A stretch of 64,000 nucleotides of DNA from Octopus sinensis (lineage: Eukaryota). The DNA is taken from assembly GCF_006345805.1 (NCBI RefSeq), contig NC_043007.1:1054001-1118000 (forward strand), given 5' to 3'. Positions within the stretch are counted from its first letter, which is position 1. Every line of letters begins with the position of its first letter. The notes under the pieces were generated by a model. That model had not been told where the DNA came from. It did no database searches and saw only the letters and a list, made by a program, of their open reading frames with translations. This document shows, piece after piece, positions 13,376 to 26,340 of this stretch. The translations under genes and the position numbers were made by a program.

Positions 13376-13658
13376 TAATAACCCTATTGTTAGCAAATAA
13401 AATAATAATACAACTGGATATCTAACCAGCTGGCTTTAGGCTGCTGGCATAATACATCGACCCAGGTTTTGCACAGACATTTTACAAAACAATATTGATG
13501 TACTTCACATCTCCCGGACTGTGCGTAACAACGGTACCAATAGCCCTGGAGCTAACAAATAAAAAAAATCATTGGAAATAACATGGTATCATGCTGGCAG
13601 GGTGGCTGGGTAGAATGCTTGTTGCCTGGTTAGATCAAGATCAACCAAGGTTTTACAC

Positions 13659-13946
13659 CAGTGGTTCCCAAAATGGATGGTATTGACCCCTGGGGGTGGT
13701 GGAAAGATCCAGTGGGGATGCTTTGAAGAAAAGTGGGATGATAATGGAGTGGCCAAAATGGAGTGGCAGATGTAAAAACAAAAATATTGATAGTTTAATT
13801 AGGTTTAATTTTGATTTGTGGAATACGGTCGTTTTGAATTCGCTGCTGAAAGTGGTCTGTATTTGTGGTGGGGAGGGTGAAGGAGGTGCTAGGAATGTGG
13901 CCTGGGTGCTAAGCGGGTGGCAATCTGAAAAGTTTGGGAACCACTG
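13659..13946. mobile_element. hAT (Charlie-like) MITE
   Basis: 14-bp TIR CAGTGGTTCCCAAA/TTTGGGAACCACTG; 8-bp TSD TTTTACAC with one extra T on the right. Confidence 0.88.
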
Positions 13947-14328
13947 TTTTTACACAAATACACTTTTCAAAATTGGGTAACAACAGCAACATTGAGCTGG
14001 AAAACATCCCCTCCATCAATAATGCATTACAATCAGGGGTCATCTCTGTCGGTAAGGGATCACCATATATCTAGCATGTGCATGCATAGGTCAGGGTAAG
14101 AGTTTTATTATAGGGGACTAGCAGTTATTCTTGAGTACAAATCCCTCCTCTCTCCTCACTGATGTCAAAAAGGGAAGCAAAAAAAAAACAAAGTTGACAA
14201 AGCTAGGCACCAGTGTTGTCGCAGACTTTGGTATCAGAATGCAAAAAACTGGAACAGATTCTGGGAGATATCCAGTCTGCAGTTCTAACAGTCTCATTCT
14301 GGAGTAGCACATTTACATGAGCCCTTAA

Positions 14329-14536
14329 CCCTTTCATTACCAACCCAGCCAAAACCGCCTCTGGCTCTGTAGTACAAATGTCTTGTTTTCAAAAGTTTAG
14401 AATTAAAATCTTCAACCAAACCTTGGTCACAATTTATGTTATTAACATTAGCTTAATGGTAACTAAATTCTTTGTTATATTTAAAGTAATTGAAGGAAAC
14501 ACAAAACATCCCAAAATAAATATGGTAATGAAAGGG
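14329..14536. mobile_element. piggyBac-type MITE
   Basis: TTAA TSDs; TIR CCCTTTCATTACC/GGTAATGAAAGGG. Confidence 0.88.
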
Positions 14537-14648
14537 TTAAAAGATAAAAGGCGAAGTTGATCCTGGCTGGATATGAACTCACAATGCAGAGAGTGGAGCA
14601 AATGTCACAAAGCATTCTCTCTGATACATGTGTGTGTGTATGTATGTA

Positions 14649-14680
<32 letters not shown>

Positions 14681-14681
<1 letters not shown>

Positions 14682-15057
14682 TCTTTTATTTGTTACAGTC
14701 ATTTGGCTGTGGCCATGCTGGAGTACCACCTTTTAGTCAAAGAAATCAACCCCAGGACTTATTCTTTGCAAGCCTGGTACTTACTCTATTGGTCTCTTTT
14801 GCCAAACCACTAAGTTACAGGGATGTAAACACACCAACATTGGTTACCAAGCAGTGGTGTGGGAGGGGGACAAGCACAGATGCAAACACACACACGAGTA
14901 GCTTCTTTCAGTTTCTGTCTACCAAAATCCACTCACAAGGCTTTGGTTGGCCCAAGGCTATAGCAGAAGATTCTTGCCCAAGGTGTCAGGCAGTGGGACT
15001 GAACCCAGGACCATGTGGTTGGGAAGCAAGCTTCTTACCACACAACCACCCCTGCAC
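14681..15057 (-). mobile_element. SINE family A, CpG-decayed
   Basis: Family-A sequence with CG to CA/TG changes, e.g. AATCAACCCC and AAACCACTAAG. Confidence 0.88.
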
Positions 15058-16285
15058 TCATAAATCTGAGTCATTAGAAGAAGATAAGGATGTTGAACTT
15101 ATCAGATCCTATTGAACCAAATAACTTCTACCCCCAGAAGAAAGCGGATGTTATATAATGACAATGAGGTCTGTCTGTACTTGGGGGTAGATTTAATGCA
15201 ACAACCAGTTTAACTACCCTGATACCCACCTAAACCATAGATTCTCTCAGCATTCAGAAGAGGTTCTCTGAGTATAACTACCTTTTTTCTAATTCAAAAA
15301 GGGGTCATGGGGCTCTAGCCATTCTTCTCTCCCTAACCCATGGAAACCCACAGACACACACAGACACACACAAACACAACTTCCTGTTGTAATATCTGAA
15401 GCCTTTCAAATATGGTAAGGGATGAATTGAATACAATTTTGGCAACAAAGGTTTTCCTTTGGATTAATTCCAACATGATGAAGCAGCATTTTTGACATTC
15501 TCAAGCGTGAATAATTGCTTCCGGTTTTGGCAATCTGTTCTGGAACCCATATTGATTGGAACTTTATTCCCCACTAAACCAGGAATCTTTATCGTCTCTA
15601 AAAGATCTTCAACAAAGACAAAAGGAAAAAAGTAAAGCGATATAAGAAGAATGGTCAAAAGTAGAATTCCATTTAATGGGTTCTATCTTAGATTTCCCAA
15701 TTAGCTATCAACTTGCAAGTAATATACATATGATTTTTACAAGGAATAGGTTGACAGTAACTTCAAAGTTGTGGTTTGCTCACTGTCATGTGACTGTCTG
15801 ATGAAGGCAGAACATTCAACACTGACCCCACCACCAACCGTAAAAAGTAAAAAATATGCATTCTACTTGGAAATATTTGGTAATCCTTTAGTTTAATGTT
15901 AAAAATTGTTTTTATGCAGAATTTGACATAAAAACAAACATATGAGAGTGTGTGTATGTGTACATGTCAAAGACAGGATGGTCATGGCTGGAATGTCGCT
16001 AGTCATTAGCCAACTTAATTGGAAACTGATTAGCAGTTAAACAACAAAATGTGGATGAGTTAAGAGAAAGAGAAAGTAAAAGGAAAAGAGAGGAAAAAGA
16101 AAAGGAAGAAGAGAAAATGAAAGAAAGAAAAAATGAAAGAAGAAAAAAACACTGAAAGAAAAAAATGAAAGAAAGATAAAATAATGCAGAGAGCTTCATA
16201 TATTGTGAGGAGAGAATTTATTGATTATTTCCTTATATTTCGGGTGATTCACTCCTTTGCAGAGGAAACCAGTCATAGAATTATT

Positions 16286-16498
16286 CTTTTCTACTCTAGG
16301 CACAAGGCCCGAAATTTTGAGAGAGGGGCCAGTTGATTAGATTGACCCCAGTACACAACTGGTAATTAATTTATCAATCCTGAAAGGAAGAAAGGCAAAG
16401 TCAACCTCAGTGGAATTTGAACTCAGAACGTAAAGACAGACGAAGTACTGCTAAACATTTCACTCGGCTTGCTAACGTTTCTGCCAGCTCACCGCCTT
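16286..16498 (-). mobile_element. tRNA-derived SINE family B with 15-bp TSD
   Basis: TSD AGTCATAGAATTATT at 16271-16285 and 16499-16513. Minus head GGCGGTGAGCTGGCAGAA..GAGTTCAAATTCC. Confidence 0.9.
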
Positions 16499-16630
16499 AG
16501 TCATAGAATTATTGGAGATTAGTGGTGAGCCATGATGCAAGCTTTGGCGGAAGTATTGGCAGAGTGTAAAACAAAAGACCATCACAGCAAATATTTGATT
16601 CCATTTTGTAGACAGATGTAAAACTATAAA

Positions 16631-17018
16631 TCTCTCTCTATATATAAAGCTGAAGTTGTCTGTGTATGGCAGGTTTAGTAGCCTTCAACTAACACTATCT
16701 CCTCCGAGACCCTGCGGTGCAAGTTGACCAAAATTGAGAGTAGGATAGAAGGCTTGCTCTTCATTCCATAGAAGAAAAAATTCAAATCGGACCATGTTAA
16801 CACCAAAAATTATTTACATCAAAAAGGTGCTTTTTTTTTTTCTATGAAAATCCCTATTTTTTTACGATTTTTTGACTGCTGTGTCACCATTTTTCAGTGT
16901 ATTTCAACCAGAAAAATGTTCACTTAAAGAGAATACATAATGCAAAATTTTTACTTTTCAAAAATTCCAATTCTAAAGGGTCGAAACAAACCCGAGCAAT
17001 GCTGGGTAATACTGCTAA
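16631..17018 (+). mobile_element. Non-autonomous Helitron
   Basis: A|TC 5' end (TCTCTCTCTATATATAAA), subterminal hairpin ACCCGAGCAATGCTGGGT, then CTAA|T (CTRR) 3' end. Confidence 0.75.
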
Positions 17019-17129
17019 TTTAAGTCTAAACTTAGTGTTACACCACTTGCAATATTTATCAAAAAGATTTTTCAAATGAAGAGAGGGTAAAATAAATTTA
17101 ATATATATGTATATATGTCGTGGCAGATA

Positions 17130-17332
17130 CTGGTGTCATGTAATTGGCATCTGTGCAGGTGACATGTAAAAGCACCAATTGCACTCTTGAAGTGTTTAGC
17201 GTTAGGAAGGGCATCCAGCTGCAGAAATCATACCAAATCAGACTGGAGCCTGGCGCAGCCCCTTGGCTTACCAGCCCTGGTCAAACCATCGAACCCATGC
17301 CAACATGGACAATGGACGTTAAATGATGATGA
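17130..17332 (+). mobile_element. SINE-like family C
   Basis: GGAAGGGCATCCAGCTG..GGACGTTAAATGATGATG. Confidence 0.8.
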
Positions 17333-18074
17333 CAGGGCATGTGGGTGTGAATGTAAGTATGTGTGTGTGTATGTGTGTATGTATATATATATATAATATC
17401 CACATGCCCTGTCTCTATTACTGCTATCTGCTCACCCCCACTGACCTGGGTGTTCCACCCAAACATAACAAGCAAACTTTTCCCTCAACCTACCCCAACA
17501 AAACAATCTACATCTCCACATCTCTCGCATTTCCTCCTTCGTTCACTATGCCTACCTCTCACTCCCCAATCCTGCCCTCACACCCCCCCCGGTCCTCTGT
17601 ATCATTGCTATCTGGTAGCCCCCACCCTCCATTCTATATATACCCAGGTCTTTCCCCAATTACTCATACTCTTTAATCACACTCCCTTAGCAATATCCTG
17701 CCACTTGTATTATGGCATTTGAACCTCAAGGGTATATACCCTGGCACTTGCCACTGTCTATACCTCTCTCTTCCTTTACTCAACCATCCCATTTCTATTC
17801 TGATCCTTATTCCTTGTGAGTATGCCTGCCATTTTGCCACCATCACTACACTGCTGTCTCCCACACTCTCTCTCATTCTCCTGCACTCCCCTCAGGTTGG
17901 GCAACCATGTATTTCCTTTGTGGTAGCACACCTGTTTCTGTCTTCATTCCTGATCTTTCTCTCTCTGGCCAGCTAACCTTGTACTTCCTTCACAACAAGA
18001 CACCTGTATCAGTTTCACTATAACCTATTCCTTATCACCTCCTCCCCTCTTAAAATTTTTGTTTTTATATCTTG

Positions 18075-18425
18075 CAAGTACTTGGTGACCCTGTCAGTAC
18101 AGGTGCCACTTAAAAGCACCCTGTCCACACTGTAAAGTGGTTGGTGTTCGGAAGGGCATCCAGCTGTAAAAACCATGCCAAAACTGACCTTGCCTGTGCT
18201 AGTGCCATGTAAAAAAGCAAGTACTTGGTGAAGCTGTCAGTGCAGGTGCCACTTAAAAGCACAAGTCCACTCTGCTGAGTGGTTGGTGTCAGGAAGAGCA
18301 TCCAGCTGTAAAAATCTTGCCAAAACAGTCACAGAAGTCTGGTGCAGGTTTCGGCTTGACTGGCTTTTGTGGAACCGTCCCACCCATGCTAGCATGGAAC
18401 ACTGACATTAAATGATGATGATGAT
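18075..18425 (+). mobile_element. SINE-like family C variant with internal tandem duplication
   Basis: GCAAGTACTTGGTGA..GGTGCCACTTAAAAGCAC..GCATCCAGCTGTAAAAA occurs twice (~18075 and ~18218); (GAT)n tail. Confidence 0.8.
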
Positions 18426-18659
18426 ATATATTAGTAAATTAGAAGAGATAATACACCAAGGGAAGATGAAAGAAGTTAAATCTGTTCACGATGAGCTAAA
18501 GATGAAACAGAATGGGTTTTTTGGGGGTTTTTTTTTGGTCACACTAACGATTATGGATCAAATATATTTTATTCACTCTCAGACTTGTGTTTGGAGTGCT
18601 TTATTCTGGGTAGTCAGACATACTTCTTTTTGAACTCCTCTTTGCCTGGAAGAATGTAT

Positions 18660-18868
18660 AATAATAATGATAATCCTCTCTTATCATAGGTACAAGGCAC
18701 AATTTTGGCGGGGAGGGGACTAGTCGATTACATCGACCCCAGCGTTTCACTGGTACTTAATTTATCAACTCTGAAAGGATGAAAGACAAAGTCAACCTCA
18801 GCAGAATTTGAACTCAGAATTAAAGATGGGCAAAGCCCAACATACTAACGATTCTGCCAGCTTACCGC
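18660..18868 (-). mobile_element. SINE family B
   Basis: GTCGATTACATCGACCCCAG..GGTACTTAATTTATC..GAATTTGAACTCAG; (AAT)n tail at the left. Confidence 0.85.
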
Positions 18869-19361
18869 ATGCAGCATAAAATACCAACCAACTAACACGA
18901 AAGTCACTCAGTAGTTGGCTGACCTACCAGAAATAGCACTTTCATTCTGGCAAGCAAGGGCGACAACTCAGGACAGGTTTCATTCTTATTTGACCTCTTT
19001 TGTAAAGTGGTGATGATAAAGTTTCCCATTTGAATAAACAATAAGTACCAGGTTTAAAAATAAGAACTGGGGCCAATTTGATTGACTAAGGTGGGTACCT
19101 CAGCATGGCTGCAGTCTAGGGACTGAAACAAGAAGTATAAGATAACTTTGATCTTTGGTTTTTAACTTCCTGTAATGGTAGTCCTGATAAGGAACTCCAA
19201 TGTTCAGGTATTTAGTTTATTGATAACACCTTTGTGTTGTAATCTTGTGTTTATCATTTATTTTTTCCATTGTTGTTAGAAGAAGAAAAAAAGAATGAAA
19301 TTGTTCAGTTTTAATTTTTAAATGAATTTAGATTAACTTATGTCAAAATCTCAAGTTATAT

Positions 19362-19405
19362 CATGCTGAAGAGTCCAGAAAGAGGATGAAATAGTGCTAT
19401 CCATG
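19362..19405 (+). ncRNA. Type I minimal hammerhead ribozyme
   Basis: CAUG CUGAAGA GUCC AGAAAGA GGAU GAAA UAG UG CUA UC CAUG. All core nucleotides present; AUC triplet, predicted cut after 19401. Confidence 0.75.
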
Positions 19406-19453
19406 TCTACCAGAGATTTTAAGGACTTTATCTCATGAAAAAAATAAAAGAAT

Positions 19454-19810
19454 TGGCTGTGTGGTAAGTAGCTTGCTTACCAACCACATGGTTCTGGGTT
19501 CAGTCCCACTGCATGGCACTTTGGGCAAGTGTCCTCTACTATAGCCTCAGGCTGACCAAAACTTTGTGAGTGGATTTGGTAGACAGAAACTGAAAGAAGC
19601 CCGTTGTATATATATATATATATATATACATGTGTGTGTGTGTGTGTTTCCCCCAACATTGCTTGACAACCGATGGTGGTGTGTTTACGTCCCCGTAACT
19701 TAGAATAAGTACTAGGCTTACAAAGAATAAGTTCTGGGGTCGACTTGCTCAACTAAAGGTGGTGCTCCAGCATGGCCACAGTCAAAATGACTGAAACAAG
19801 TAAAAGGATA
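19454..19810 (+). mobile_element. SINE family A
   Basis: TGGCTGTGTGGTAAGTAGC..GGTTCAGTCCC..GACTGAAACAAGTAAAAG. Confidence 0.9.
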
Positions 19811-20062
19811 AAAAGATTACTCTCTTGCTAATGATTTCTCAACATAAGAAAAATTAACTTAGAAGTGATTCTCTCCCCCTTAAGAAGCAATTTCCAATAA
19901 TTCTACAGAACCATTTACCATCACCATGGAGATGAATGGTAGCTTGGTTAGTGACGATTTTAAGGAGAGAAATGCATCAAATATGCAGACACCTACTTTG
20001 CTGCTAAGTTTTTGTGCAGCAGGAACCCCTGGACTTAACAGTAAAGTAAATCTGCTTTTGAT

Positions 20063-20610
20063 TTTTACTCGTTTCAGCTATTGGACTGCGACCATGCTGG
20101 AGCACCACCTTGAAGGGTTTCATCGAACAAATCAACCCTAGTACTTGAATGTTTAAGTCTAGTACTTATTCTGTTGTTCTCTTTCACTGAACTGTAAAGT
20201 TATGGGGACATAAACAAACCTGTATTGGCTGTCAAACAAACACACACACACACACAGCAGACTTCATGCAATTTTAATCTGCCAAATCCACCCACAACAC
20301 ACTGGTTGGTTTGAGGCTATAATAGAAGACACTTGCCCAAGGTGCTGTGCAGTGGGATTGAACCCAAACGAAGCAGCAAGCTCGCAGAATCATTAGCACA
20401 CCGGGCAAAATGCTTATCGGTATTTTTCCCCGTTGCTACATTCTGAGTTCAACATTGCTTTTCATCCTTTCGGGGTCGATAAATTAAGTACCAGTGTAAA
20501 AAGTGGGGTCAATGTAATCGATTTGTCCCTTCCCCACAAATTTGAGGCCTTGTGTCTCCAGTAGAAAGGGACCGAACCTAAAGCCATGTGGTTGCAAAGC
20601 TAATTTCTTA
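20063..20610 (-). mobile_element. SINE family A interrupted by a plus-strand family-B SINE (~20372-20566)
   Basis: Degenerate TSD GGGATTGAACCCAAA / GGGACCGAACCTAAA flanks the inserted copy. Confidence 0.8.
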
Positions 20611-20657
20611 GTCAAAAAATTTTCATTACTATTATCACCTTAGTCATGGGAACAATG

Positions 20658-20714
<57 letters not shown>

Positions 20715-21339
20715 AAGGAGAGAGTTAGGAGGGCATGGAATCATGCAGTCATTGAATCTGCTCACTGTAGAAGCTTAGTCTTTCTCTCTGATCTTTCTTT
20801 ACTTCTGCCAAAATGAGAGCCATCTGCTCAAAGACAAAAGAAATCCCTAAACAATATGTTCAAAAACTGGAACATGATGGCCAGAACAGGGAGGGGACAA
20901 TGGAGAGAAAAAAAGATTTTGAAAGAAGTTAACCCATTTGTAACCAATACACACTGCTTAATTGTTTAATAAACAACCAAGTATTTGGAGAGATTTAACA
21001 ACATTTCATTATTAAGCAGCTGTTTCGAACACAACAAAAGACTTCATACACATACTGGTCTGTCATTGAGCTCCAGCATGGCCATAGTTTGGACTTTGGG
21101 GTTATTTTTCCTTTTGGAAATTTTTTCTTTTGAATTCTATCATATTGGTTCCAGTAATAATTTCAATCTGGTACATATTTTATCTTTGTTTTTGTATCTG
21201 GTTTGCAACATTCTTATTTTATCAACCCTATTTATCAAATGGCTAAGTTACTTTTTGGTGAGGGTGAACTGAAAATATTCTTTTTTACTAGAAATCGATA
21301 CAAATACTTTCCACTCTAATTGAAGGCATTTGTTTTAAT

Positions 21340-21790
21340 TAAAGATGTACTGAAAGCAAAACTGGGCAAGCCTGGATGTCAAGCTCTTCAATAGCATTGT
21401 CCTACCTACACTATTATACACAAGTGAGATGTAGTTTATTTTGAAGAAGAAAGAACAGTAACTGGTCATGACAGAGAGGGTCATGGAAGGATTCATGCTG
21501 GGAATATTGTTGTAGAAGCTTTTTCCAAAACGAGGTATTTCAAGAACAGAGAGGAGAGAATGATGTGACGATGGAATACCAAAAGCAAAAATTCTGTCGG
21601 ACCAGACATGTCACAAGGTTCACAGACAACAGGTGGACCTGTGCAGTTGTATTGAGTGGGGTCCTGGAAGAGATAGCTTGGAAGATCTTCAAGACAAACA
21701 GAAGATGACATAGTGTCAAACAATTTGGGCCTAGATGGAAAAGGGGGCCATCAAGGGAAGAATGGAAACGCATTGGAAATAGAAATGTAT
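21340..21790 (+). pseudogene. RTE-clade LINE RT C-terminal relic
   Basis: LFNSIVLPTLLYTSEM*..LVMTERVMEGFMLGI and RHVTRFTDNRWTCAVV resemble RTE-1 motifs; stops and frameshifts present. Confidence 0.8.
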
Positions 21791-22771
21791 ATGAACATGG
21801 TTTCTACAGTTTCTGGTTACAAAATTCCATTTATAAGGCTTGGCACAATCCAAGAATACAGACAGAAAAAAGGAAAAAATGCTTGTCTGAGGTGCCATGT
21901 GATGGATATTGAACCTGGAAGTACCTGGCTATACCTGGACATTGAGGAATAACATACACACATGGGGATGGGCGTGTATGTATGTATGTATTTGTGAATG
22001 TGTGTTAAACACCTTACATGATTACCTACCCACAATGCAACTGTTTCAGATTCAACATAGAATCTAAAGCCAAGTCACATGACTCGCCAAACAAGTCCAC
22101 CAACACCAAAGAAATATTTGAAGTATTTAGCAATTTTCTTGGGGGTGGGGATGATGACCGTTTTGGGGAGTGAGGATGGGGCTCCAACTGTTACATTTGT
22201 TCATTTCTTTTTTTTTTGTCTTTTTGTTTAAGTAACGCTGGAATCTTGAGAATCCAAGGGTTGGCTCTGTACAAATCCACACAATTCTTCCTTTAGGTAA
22301 AAAGTGGGGGAAGGGTTCTTACTAAAAAAAAAATAAATAAATAAAGAAGAGAAAAAGAGTGATAACAAAACCATCCCAGAAATAAATAAACCCCAGATGT
22401 CCACAGAAATAGTCTCATACTTGAAATATCTTCGAGGCAACAACAAGGAAGATTTTTGTTTTATCTTCTCTCACACGATACCATACTTCGAAAATAACCG
22501 TAAGGACTGCCTCGTTTTCCTAATTTGCGGCATTTAACCATTAACAGTAAATATAGAGACGTACATATCTCTAGATGGAACAATATGCTTCCTATATAAA
22601 ACGCGGTTGATGAATGACTAAAGACGTTAATCGGTGATGACGAGTTAAACTTTAAATATCCTCAATGGAGTTAGATTTCCCGTTTGATATATTTGTTATT
22701 GCGGATGTTCAACCCCGAGTCAGTTTTGATCCAGCAGACCAACGATATAAAGTATTCTGGCCATTGTGATG

Positions 22772-23105
22772 CAGGCTATAGTTATGCAAATAAGAAGCTT
22801 GCTTTGAAAGCACGAAGTTGTGGGTTCAGTCCCCACTGCATGGCATTTGGGCATAAGATCTTGTACGATAGCCCTGGGCTGACTAATGTCTTGAGAGTGA
22901 ATTTGGAAGAGAGAACCTGAGTGACACAGACACACACATAAGGTGTGTGTGTGTGTGTGTGTTGGTTTGCTTACATCCCTGTAATCTAGACACAGAATAG
23001 GTTCTCGGTTTAAAAATGGATACTGGGGACAATTTACTTCGACTAAACCCTTCAGAGCGGTGCCCCAGCATGGCTGCAATTCAATGACTGAAACAGGTAA
23101 AAGGT
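22772..23105 (+). mobile_element. Diverged SINE family A
   Basis: GGGTTCAGTCCC..GGTGCCCCAGCATGGCTGCA..GACTGAAACA. Confidence 0.75.
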
Positions 23106-23927
23106 AAAGAGGTAGAAGTCCTAAGAGTGTTATTTAAGCGAAATTTGGCTTGATATTTTTAGCAGAACAAGCAACCAGGTAGAAGTCCGTTCCTGTGACT
23201 ATATGAAATACCGATCGATAATAAATACAAAAGCTGAGAGCTTCGAGAAATACAGAAATAAATCAACTGCAGAGAGAAGCTCGTTGGATGGACTGTCCCT
23301 CTAATTCAAAAAGTGTGCAGTGCTGTCGCTGTCATACTTGGCTTGAGAAATCTGTTAAGGAACACACGTGGCCGTCGAATTGCTCGGCCAATTAAAAGCT
23401 AATTCAAGAGCAGGTAATTCAGCTGATCGAACAGTTCGATCCTTTCTGACGAACAACGGATGTCCACCATGCGTGTGTGTGTGTGTGTGTGTGTGTGTTC
23501 CTGTGTTTCAGTCATTTGACTGCGGCCATGCTGGAGCACCGCCTTTAGTCGAACAAATCGACCCCAGGACTTATTCTTTGTAAGCCTAGTACTACACACA
23601 CACTATCGATTTTTAAAAAACCTTTAGTTCTAAAAGCCTCCCCGGATAAGTGATTCGTTTCGAACCAGGATAGCTGACCTCTGAAGTAAACAAATTAATA
23701 TTTGTTTAATTAAATATAAAGATTAATTAATTCAGTGAATTACAGATATCTGAACATTAATATAAATACGGTACAGTGTAAGGCACCAGTAAATTAGACA
23801 GGCAAGCGCGGGAATCTGAAATTCCTGCGGATTATAAGAAGCTTCGAAACCAAGGTCCAGAAAATCGGACACTTTCTCTTTATTGTAAGTGACCAGACAT
23901 AGCTTCAGTGAACATGTCACCGCCTGG

Positions 23928-23958
<31 letters not shown>

Positions 23959-23990
23959 ATATATATATATATATATTATATAAAAGATCG

Positions 23991-24042
<52 letters not shown>

Positions 24043-25734
24043 GTGTGTGTGTAATCGAGTCGTAAATTCAAAAGCGAGAGAAATAGGAAGAGAAAGAAAA
24101 ACTCGAGCTTCGTTCACGATTTGACAAAACAAAGTTTATCTAAACGACAAGGTAGAAGTGGGTGGTATATGAATGGAGTATGGAGAATGTTGTCAGGTAT
24201 TCACACACGGTGGTATTTGGTGAACTGTCACCAGAGATAGCGGTGATGGAGTCGGGGGTGGTATTTACGATCGGTGAATTCCACTCCCTAAAGCTGGTAG
24301 TCAAGGTAACCAGTCAAATTAGCCAAACGACTCAAGATGTTCGGCGACTAATGTGAATTAAGAATATACACACATTGTATTTATATAAGGAAATGAATCT
24401 CCGTCGGTTGGACGATGACCACACCATTTGTATGACAAACTGAACTATGCCTATCTTACTCATTGAATTATAAGCGAGTGTCTGGGAATTCAATTCGACA
24501 AGTTTCCTCAGAGTTTTCCGTTTGTCGGGTTTCACCCACAAAGGTTGGGTAGAAGCGAGGCGAATTGTAAAAAACATCAGGCCATGACGCCCACGCACGG
24601 GATCGAACTTGATAATTCGCGATAGCTAATTGAACTTCTTAGTCATCCAACCCGGACATGCCTGCGTCTACATGTACATACATACGAAACAAACACACCC
24701 CGTATACACAGACTATCTACTGTTCATAAATACTAATATAACACACACACACACACACACCACTTAAGAGGAAATAAAATATTTAAGAGAGAAAGAAGAG
24801 AGGAGGAGGCAGAGGTATAAGCACTGTCAGAGTACCTTACTCGAAGTGACTAACACACACACACACACACTGAGTGATGCATGCGCACAAACACACACTC
24901 ACACTCACACTCACAGCCATTTGGTCAGGTGAGTGTAACTAACCATTAATTTGGTTATTCGAGGATTTTGGGTTGGTGTACACTCACTGAATTAGTCAGA
25001 GACGTAGAACATGAGAGTACAAGAGAAGAGGGTGCAGGGGGGGAGTGTCTAGAAAATGAAAGGGGAGAGATGTAGGAAGAAAGAGCGAGAGAGGAGTGGT
25101 CAGAGAAAAAAAAACCGAGACAAAGAAATAGAGGAAACGCGAAAAAAAAAAAGAGAGGAGGAAGTGAGAAAGAGAGAGAGAGAGAGTAGGAGAGAGGTGA
25201 AGCAGAAAGAGACAGAGAGAGAAAAAAAGAAGAGAGGGATGGAGAGAGTGAGAGAGAAGACAAGACAATAGATGTGTCGAAGCAATGAGACTCGGAGATT
25301 TCGATAAACGGGTGTTTCTTTTCGATGAATGAAAGTGTGGACACTGGTCCCTGATAAAGCAGATAAAATCTGTTCGACTGATATTATGGTTTCTATGAAT
25401 CCCAAGTTCCATTTACAAGGCTCGAGGCTATGGGATAGGAAACGCTAACTGAAGGTGCCGTGGGGCCGATTAGGAAAACATTGTGAAACGAATTCCCTAA
25501 CCTAATAATACTCGTGCATCGTATAAAAGAAACGGAACGTAATTACTGCAAGAGGCGTTCAATAAGATACAGAACCGGAAATTTTGCCATGATCGAGGTT
25601 AACTGCACACTTAACTGGCAACGCAACAACAGCAGTGATTGAGTAAAACCTGGGGGAACTAGCGATGGTTTATGTCGGAAATTCAAATGAATACAACTTT
25701 ACATAACTGAATAAATTATTTTGCCTTGAGGAGG

Positions 25735-26340
25735 AAGTTGGACACTGTGGCTAAGATTGTTTCTCAAGCACATGGTTTCGGGTTCAGTCCTTGTATGTGA
25801 CACTTTTCTTTAGCCTCGGGTCGACTGAACCCTTGCGAACGGATTTTGTAGACAGAAAGTGAAAGAAGCTAGCCATGTGTCTTGTTTTCTCGACATGTTG
25901 TAGTTGTAAGCGAGTGACACCGGCATTTTAAGTTGGTGGCCTTCGTTTCCAATCTTCAGGGTAAAGATGTCCGGCCATGGAAACAGGTGATTTTGGTTGG
26001 CGACAGGAAGGGTATTATCTGGCCGTAGAAAATCTTCCTCAACGAATACCTATTTCTTTACTACCCACAAGGGGCTAAACACAGAGAGGACAAACAAGGA
26101 CAGACAAACGGATTAAGTCGATTATATCGACCCCAGTGCGTAACTGATACTTAATTTATCAAGGACGAAAGGCAAAGTCGACCTCGGCGGAATTTGAAAT
26201 CAGAACGTAGCGGCAGACGAAATACCAGTAAGCATTTCGCCCGGCGTGCTAACGATTCTGCTAGATCGCCGGTATTCCTCAACGAATACCGTTCGAACAA
26301 TGCAAGCATGGTTAAAATGGACGTAAAAATGATGATGAGG
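25735..26340 (+). mobile_element. SINE family A2 interrupted by a family-B SINE
   Basis: Family-A head with GGCGACAGGAAGGG tail; resumes after 26275 and ends in (GAT)n. Confidence 0.75.
26051..26274 (-). mobile_element. SINE family B with 16-bp TSD
   Basis: TSD TTCCTCAACGAATACC at 26035-26050 and 26275-26290. Confidence 0.92.

Noticed and set aside
23820-23865. GAAAC CAAG GTC half-hammerhead
   Set aside because: No intact CUGAnGA and no stem I partner.
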